From Eledone cirrhosa (Eukaryota): a stretch of 64,000 nt of DNA. The notes beneath the pieces were generated by a model. It saw only the letters and a list, made by a program, of their open reading frames with translations. It was not told the DNA's origin and made no database searches. This document shows positions 55,739 to 64,000 of this stretch, in pieces. The number at the start of each line of letters is the position of its first letter. Position 1 is the stretch's first letter. The stretch is from positions 125,054,001 through 125,118,000 of the forward strand of contig OZ024741.1 of NCBI GenBank assembly GCA_964016885.1. The letters are read 5' to 3'. The position numbers and the translations under genes are program-made.

Positions 55739-55820
55739 AGTTCCTGATGACGTATGGAATTCTCTATAGTTATATTATGTAACTATATTTATCCCCATAC
55801 AGAAACTAATTAGTTGGAGT
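55739..55820 (+). ncRNA. Hammerhead ribozyme, unit 1
   Basis: CTGATGA-c-gtatgg...ccatac-a-GAAA-CTAATTAG-TT-ggagt; stem I partly mismatched. Confidence 0.72.
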
Positions 55821-56276
55821 GAAAATTTTAGTAAGTAAGTTGATTTTTAATTTTTAAAATTTTCTTATTTTACGTCTTTCATATAATTGTTCTGCATCCC
55901 CCTGCATAGAACTACAAAGGTACTAAGACATAACATATATATTTGCTAGCATAGGTGAACATCTGTACACATATGTTGGTAAATGTACTAATTCTCTATA
56001 TTTATCTCCAAATTATTTGTTGAGCAAAACTTGCTAAAATTTACTGCTGATTCATGGTAGTAGTAGGCTCTTGTCATAATACCACCCCGCTCCTAACTGA
56101 TTAACCTCAGTGTCACGTGATTGATTCTTTAGAATCTGCCACTGACCAGAGGCAGTGAATTTTTTCAGTGCTCCGGAATTTAGTCCTCGCTAGCTTTATT
56201 CCATCCACTGAATTATTATTATTTTTATATGGGTTCCTAGTGTCCGCGCATCGCCTGGGAACTTAGCTGAGAATAG

Positions 56277-56359
56277 ACTCCCTGATGACGTATGGAATTC
56301 TCTATAGTAACTCTTATGTAACTATATTTATCCCCATACAGAAACTAATTAGTTGGAGT
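56277..56359 (+). ncRNA. Hammerhead ribozyme, unit 2
   Basis: actcc-CTGATGA-c-gtatgg...ccatac-a-GAAA-CTAATTAG-TT-ggagt; palindrome ACTAATTAGT. Confidence 0.82.
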
Positions 56360-56531
56360 GAAAATTTTAGTAAGTAAGTTGATTTTTAATTTTTAAAATT
56401 TTCTTATTTTACGTCTTTCATATAATTGTTCTGCATCCCCCTGCATAGAACCACAAAGGTACTAAGACATAACTTATATATTTGCTAGCATAGGTGAACA
56501 TCTGTACACATATGTTGGTAAATGTACTAAT

Positions 56532-56732
<201 letters not shown>

Positions 56733-56867
56733 GCATAATATATATATATATATATATAAATATATATATAGTCATAATAATAAATGTGAAGACTGAAATC
56801 CGAAGAGGGCTCGATAAGGATAACATATATATATATATATATTTTTTATATATAAACCATAGAGCAA

Positions 56868-57014
56868 ATATTTATTAAAATAACAGATTAAAATTTAAGC
56901 AAAGAATCACTGCTTTCACCCTTAACGCGATCTTCTGAGTTTCAGAAGATCTCATTAAGGGTGAAAGCAGTGATTCTTTGCTAAAACTTAAATCTGTTAT
57001 TTTAATAAATATAT
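56868..57014. repeat. ~145-bp palindrome
   Basis: Arms are near-perfect reverse complements around ~56940. Confidence 0.85.
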
Positions 57015-57019
57015 ATACA

Positions 57020-57546
57020 TCTAAATGGCTACAAAAGAAATTCCCAAACACGGGCGCGAAATTTAATGTACATTTTCACGTGTCAGTCATAATTTTTTCA
57101 TTTATACCCAATCAAATTACACCTCAGTACATCAGCCATACGCACTGAACCAGAACAATTCACTCCGTCCTTTTTTTCTAGACCATTATCTTTTGTTTGG
57201 CCCAAAATTCTCTAAATGGCTACAAAAAATTCCAAAATACGGGCGCGAAATTTAATGTACTTGTTCACGTGACAGTCATAATTTCATTTATAACCAATCA
57301 AATTGCATTCATAAAAAAAAGCTTTTGTGAGCCCCCCTTTTTTTAAGTGAAAAGAAATTCAAACACAAACTGGCGCGAAGGCTGATGTGCTTATTCACAT
57401 GACTACATCAAACAACCAAATTTCTCTCATATACGAAAAAACAATCTGAGCCCTCCCTTTTTTGAAGGCAAATATAATAAGAACTTTGTAACGCGAACTG
57501 GCGCGAAATTTATTATTCACATGACACTCATCAACCAACCAAATTA
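57020..57546. repeat. Degenerate tandem module with a GGCGCGAA core, 4 copies
   Basis: GGCGCGAA at ~57053, 57242, 57372 and 57499. Confidence 0.75.
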
Positions 57547-57817
57547 CTTCTCTAAAAACCTAGCATTTCGAGCCACTTGTTTCCATATAAAACAGAAGAA
57601 ACATTCGAACAGCAAGCAGATGTGAGAAAAACCACAAACCTCCATCTCAATTCTACTTTTGAAATGCACAAGAACTGCGAAACCGGTAAAGGAACCAAAT
57701 AAATATTTTTTTTTTAAAAAGACTCCAGTTGCATTTTCGATTTCATCTTTTTTCCTTATACTTTCACTTGTATATGACACCTCTTTTTTTTTTTTTCATT
57801 TCGTAAAAAAACCTCTC

Positions 57818-57869
<52 letters not shown>

Positions 57870-58056
57870 GAATATAAAAGAAAAAAAGAAAATATATATA
57901 TATATATAACTTCTACAGGACTAGAACTGTTTTATTCGTATGAAATCATCAGGTGTTGCTTTCATACGAATAAAACATTTCTATACTCTACTTATGTATT
58001 AAGTACCTTTTTTAACTGCCATTACCCTCGACACAACTCGGGAATTTCTCTCTCCG

Positions 58057-58113
<57 letters not shown>

Positions 58114-58413
58114 CTCCCCCCCCCCATCTCTCTCTCTCTCTCTCTCTCTCTCCCTCCCTATACCTATATAGATATGTATATATATGTGTGTGTGTGTACA
58201 TATATGTATGTATATGTATATATATATATAGATCAGAGCAAACATCACGGACGCTCTATCTCAAAATTATTTTTGAAAAGCATTAGAAATGCGCAACCGG
58301 TAAAACTTAAAACCAAAACTTAATACTAACCAATACTATTACTAATTAACACTTATTCCTAATTAAACTATTTTTCACTGTGAACAATTTGTCAGCATTT
58401 TCTATTCCGTTTA

Positions 58414-58456
<43 letters not shown>

Positions 58457-58459
58457 TTA

Positions 58460-58555
<96 letters not shown>

Positions 58556-58662
58556 TATATATTTACATTTATATATATTTATATATATATATATATATTT
58601 ATATATAAATATATATATTTACATTTATATATATATATATATAAATATATATATATATTTAC

Positions 58663-58736
<74 letters not shown>

Positions 58737-59382
58737 GCTCTTTTAATTATGTATTGCTTAGTAATTGAAATGGAATTCAAGATGTACAGAATTACAGAAT
58801 GAGGAATTGATCCCTCAATAAAGATTGACATTGCTCTGTATAATTAGAAAGAGTGTAGGCAACGAGATATAGAAAGCGGAAGGGGGGTGTGAGTCAGAGT
58901 GAGCGTCTCTGTAAGTCAGACTAAGCGTCTAAGCCTACGCCTAAGTGTGCCTGTCGATCAATATCAAATTTAACACCAGAATAACAAACATGTTTATTTC
59001 TAAAACTAAGTGTTTGATGTTTCATCTCGTAATTCTGAATTAATGTCAAGTCATTTGTACACGAACAATTAGAAAAGACTGAAAAGAAAATTATAAAAGA
59101 GTTATATAAAAACAGACATTAATTTATGAATTCGAATATTGTTTTTCTCTTGTAAAAAAAAAACTGTTTGTATGTGTCTCGATTTTTAAATTCTCTTTTT
59201 TTGTTGTTGTTTTATTTTATGTATTTTTGTTCGTTTTTTTCTAAGGTCTTCACCAAGTTGTCATTAGAGACATGTTGAAAAATAGTTGTAGTGATTCCTT
59301 TCGTTTTGTAATGTTAAAGGTTTATATACAACAATGCATATATACATATATTTATGTGTGTGTCTTTGTCTGTATAGGTACA

Positions 59383-59550
59383 AACAATTGTTTCACCTTC
59401 GCGGATCTTCAGCCCGAGTTGAAGATCCGCGAAGGTGAAACAATTGTTCTCGGTATGGTGAACTAACTGTTGTGTAAGCACTTCTACCTAACTCGTCCCG
59501 TGGACTGAGTGCTCAACACTACGGATATTACCTTCCAGTGTTCCACCACT

Positions 59551-59552
<2 letters not shown>
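59383..59552. mobile_element. Short fold-back with minimal HHR and a tail ending in (TA)n
   Basis: Palindrome 59383-59448. Confidence 0.75.
59414..59453 (+). ncRNA. Minimal hammerhead motif (C3 to U on this arm, intact CTGAAGA on the opposite arm)
   Basis: ccgag-TTGAAGA-t-cc-gcgaa-gg-t-GAAA-CAATTG-TT-ctcgg. Confidence 0.72.
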
Positions 59553-59614
<62 letters not shown>

Positions 59615-59695
59615 GGTGTTGGATGCTTAAAGCGTCCGTGTGTGGTAGGCCGTATGAGCACTCGATGTTCTGAAGGAGCAGGGTATAATATCACA

Positions 59696-59800
<105 letters not shown>

Positions 59801-59811
59801 GATAGATAGAG

Positions 59812-59873
<62 letters not shown>

Positions 59874-60412
59874 ACAGGATAACCATCTACAAACTGACCC
59901 AACAAAATATATTCGTTTTTTCCCCTTTATCAAGACATCAATATAATTATTTAAATGTCGACTAGAAACGAATAAGTTGAATGGGAAAGAAAATATAATA
60001 ATTATTATCTTTATTTATTCTCTTCCTTTTTAAGTAACAACTTTGATGATCTATTGATGCTTTGCTACATTTTGTTATCAGATCAACATCGTGTGAATAT
60101 CTCTCTCATTATTTATTATGGTAAGTAGGCTGGCCCCTTACTAAGATAGAATTGAAAGCTACTTTTGATGACGTTTTAATTCATCATAATTCATTTAAGC
60201 AGAACAACAAATAGCTTTTAGAAAACTCGCATTCTGTCCAACTATAATCTATACATGATTGTGTATAATTCAGTATATGCCGGCTCGTGCATAATATACA
60301 TACATATATATATATATATGTATGTATGTATGTATGTATATATGTATATATCACAGAAAAAAAGAATTAGTGTTGCGACGAATGGAATTTATTGTATATA
60401 TATGTATGTATG

Positions 60413-60460
<48 letters not shown>

Positions 60461-60709
60461 CGTGCATACATATATATGTGTGTACGTGTGTGTCTGTGTG
60501 TGAATGTGTGTGTGAGTGTGGATGTGCGTATCTGTATTTTTGTGGCCTATGTTGGATTATACATATATACATGTGCGTCTATTTTTGTGTGTATTTTTGT
60601 GTGCATATATATATTTGTTGTATGTATATATATATATATGTGTGTGTGTGTATGTGTGTGTATTGTGTTGTTATTTCTGTTTACCTTTTAATTACACACA
60701 CATATATAA

Positions 60710-60809
<100 letters not shown>

Positions 60810-62479
60810 GGGGTAGATGAAGTGAGATAGAGATAAAGAGGGAGAGAAAGAGAGATAGGCAGACAGACAGAGGGAGATAGAAATAAATAGAGAGAGAAAG
60901 AGGGAGACATACTTACATAAAATTGTCTGTGTGTGATGTGTGTATATTGTAAAACACAGACATACACACATATTCTATATTACATATGTGAATATATATA
61001 TATATATACGTGGGTAATGCCGTATCAGTTTCGTAGAATGAATGAATTCCAATTTGTTTTTATTTTATATTTATTTTTAATTTTTTACTTATATTTAATT
61101 CAAATTGTGGTTTCATTTAACTCTATAATGACCACATTGTGTTTCAGTTTTGGTTTTTATCTATCCACGTTCAACGCCAAAATATACATCACAGCATGAT
61201 AGATTACTTACCATACATTGGCCTTCTTTATAATGCAACCACTATCACTTACTCCTACTCATGGTAAATTTTCTTCACGTTATTCATCATTACGCACCAC
61301 CACAAAACTATCCTTATTTCAAATCACCATACTATGCACCAATTACTAACTTCCTTTACACCCAATCTCATTGCACATCTTCTAATTGGTGTGTAATTAA
61401 CTCTATTTCAAACTTAAATGGTCCTTCTTTCATCATCCAACATCCACCCATCCTTTGATTTTGTTATTTGTAATTTTGAAAGATAGAGTGGTTTATTTAT
61501 TTTATTTTACATTTATTCTTTTATTGGTTTCAGTCATTAGAATGTGGCCATACTGTGGAACTGCGTTGAACGGAAATAATTTGACCATATCGACCTAGAT
61601 ACATATGAGGTGTTTCAATTCTGGTACTTATTTTATCGATCTCACTCAAAGTTCCGTGTTACATACGCAGACACAATCCCAAACGTAAATACGGAATTAA
61701 ACATACACATAGGCATACATATATACACAGAGACACATTACTCATTAACTTCCATTTTGGTGATTTGCGTTGGCACGACTACATTTCATATTAATACTTT
61801 TCCAATCGCCTCTTAAGTCATGCGTTGTTTATATGTATGTTATATATACATATGTGTTGTGTGGGGGGGGGGCGTGTATGTGTTAGTGTATTTACTACAA
61901 ACTCGGTTTAAATATCCAAGGATTGCTTCAATCGCTGCCCTCGTGAAGCAAAATTTGATTGGAAAAATAGTCTTCACCAGATTAATTTAATTTCTTTTTT
62001 TCAACTTTTCAATTGGTTGTCAGTGACCTTTGCTTTTGTTTTTTGTTTTGTTTTTTCATATTTACCTTCGTTTTCATGTACAACATCTAAAGTATTTGTC
62101 TAATTATAGGATAATTTCGGGATTTCCTGCAATTAGAACTTTCCTGTCCTTTCTAAAATCTCCACGAACGAAAGCAATTTTTGTTATTATGACAAGCTGA
62201 ATGATTTGTAGTGAACGATCCAACGAAACTTGAGTACGTGTAATTGGATACACACGTTTTATGATGAGGGTCAAATAATATCCGAATATCGATTAGAGAT
62301 CTTTATTTTTTTTTTTCAATTTACAGGGAAATTCGTATTTGGGGGCATGTTTGCATGCCTACATATTACACATGTGTATACATTCATACAGATTCATGCA
62401 GTCTCCGTTCCCTACTCTGTATTGATACAGATATTATCATACACTTCGACTGCAAGCACACTTTTTAATATTATACATA

Positions 62480-62640
<161 letters not shown>

Positions 62641-62649
62641 AAGTGTGTG

Positions 62650-63619
62650 TAAAGAATTATTACATGTGGGTTTAACCGTTACTGTATGGAAAACAACACC
62701 TACAGGTTAGCAATTAAATAGAAAGAACCCTAAGTCAGAATCAAATCTCCGAAGTAGAGTTTTAAATTACCAACTTTATAACTATAAGCTTGCTGATACG
62801 AATCTATTTCGTTTGCCACTGAAATGTGTAGCGTACAAGTCCACTTAAGGTTCTTTCTATTTAATTGCTAACCTGTAGGTGTTGTTTTCCATACAGTAAC
62901 GGTTAAACCCACATGTAATAATTCTTTACATACATCTCACTGTGTAACACACTTCTCTCTGTGTAATGTATTTGTATTTGAGCTCAGTTGAAAATTCTCT
63001 GTTCTTCTTTGAGCTAATATTATTATTATTACTGTGAACTGCGGAATACTCTAATTCCGATCCTTGTATAATTAACGAGCTGCAAATTGTTGAGCTAATA
63101 AATTCGAATGGTTGGGCTGCTCTCTCTAGCATTTTCCCCAATTCATGAGAGCCGTTATTTAAAGCAAATAACACGTGTTTTCGCCCTGGCTCTGGGCAGC
63201 GTGTATATTTGCGTTCTCTCTTTCTATAAGGCTAGATGTGTGGCGGGCAATTCCACGCTTGCTGACTGAGGAACCTGTGGACTTGTACGCTACACATTTC
63301 AATGGCGAAACGAAATAGATTCGTTTCAGCAAGCTTATTGTTATAAGGTTGGTAATTTAAAACTCGGTAATTTAAAACTTCGGAGATTTGATTCTGACTT
63401 AGGGTTCTTTCTATTTAATTGCTAACCTGTAGGTGTTGTTTTCCATACAGTAACGGTTAAACCCACATGTAATAATTCTCTACACGCATCTCACTGTGTA
63501 ACACACTTCTCTCTGTGTAATATATTTGTATTTGAGATCAGTTGAACATTCTCTGTTCTTCTTTGAACCTAATAATATTATTATTACTGTGAACTGCGGA
63601 ATACTCTAATTCCGATCCT

Positions 63620-63622
<3 letters not shown>
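62650..63622 (+). mobile_element. Non-coding 554-bp partial tandem plus inverted arm, between GT repeats
   Basis: ~62849-63066 repeats at ~63403-63620; 62650-62844 is the reverse complement of ~63277-63482. Confidence 0.85.
63257..63334 (+). ncRNA. Type I hammerhead ribozyme
   Basis: gcttgctga-CTGAGGA-...-GAAA-cgaa-ataga-ttcg-TT-tcagcaagc; 9-bp perfect stem I; the inverted copy has GUA. Confidence 0.85.
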
Positions 63623-63650
<28 letters not shown>

Positions 63651-63688
63651 TATAATAAAAACATATAATAAAAACACCATGTTATTTA

Positions 63689-63749
63689 TTCATTCTGACG
63701 ACTGAGGACAGACACAACATCTGCCTTCAAGAAACCAGTGGTAAATGAA
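63689..63749 (+). ncRNA. Type I hammerhead ribozyme
   Basis: ttcatt-CTGACGA-c-tgagg...cttca-a-GAAA-CCAGTGG-TA-aatgaa, in a ~190-bp island between (TA)n tracts. Confidence 0.82.
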
Positions 63750-63842
63750 ATAATTATCTTATGTTGTTTATTACATAACTAATAAGCTCTGTAGCCTACA
63801 TAGAGCACTCTTTTTTCCTGTACATTTCCGACGGAAACACTT

Positions 63843-63904
<62 letters not shown>

Positions 63905-63906
<2 letters not shown>

Positions 63907-64000
63907 AATTGTTTCTACTTTAGGCACAAGGCCAGCAATTACCCAGTGCATTACTGGTACATTATTTTATCGACCCCGTAAGGATGAAAGGCAAAGTCAA
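63905..64000 (-). mobile_element. SINE family A 3' part (runs off the window)
   Basis: Tail and core reverse complement. Confidence 0.85.

Noticed and set aside
57921-57983. Hairpin with CTGATGA in the loop (minus strand)
   Set aside because: The hairpin is real, but I could not build an HHR topology from it.

Overview
AT-rich, microsatellite-dense eukaryotic DNA with no host gene I can support; the SINE families and repeat style suggest an octopus or other cephalopod (inference). Almost all interpretable sequence is retroelement-derived: three Penelope-like element (PLE) remnants (one near full length, RT plus C-terminal GIY-YIG), an R4/Dong-like element beside (TAA)n, restriction-like-endonuclease (RLE) element ends inside (CATA)n, RTE LINE pieces, two tRNA-SINE families, Helitrons and a Tc2-like MITE. 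The main signal is non-coding. Reading both strands by hand gives about 13 type I hammerhead ribozyme (HHR) motifs from about 9 sequence-unrelated families, plus half and degenerate motifs. Most sit in short ORF-less units embedded in (TA)n or (GT)n tracts, either as head-to-head fold-backs with both 3' ends pointing outward or as partial tandem repeats of 538-593 bp. This looks like a diverse set of microsatellite-targeted, ribozyme-bearing non-autonomous PLE-type or retrozyme-like elements. All structures were folded by eye and no searches were run.
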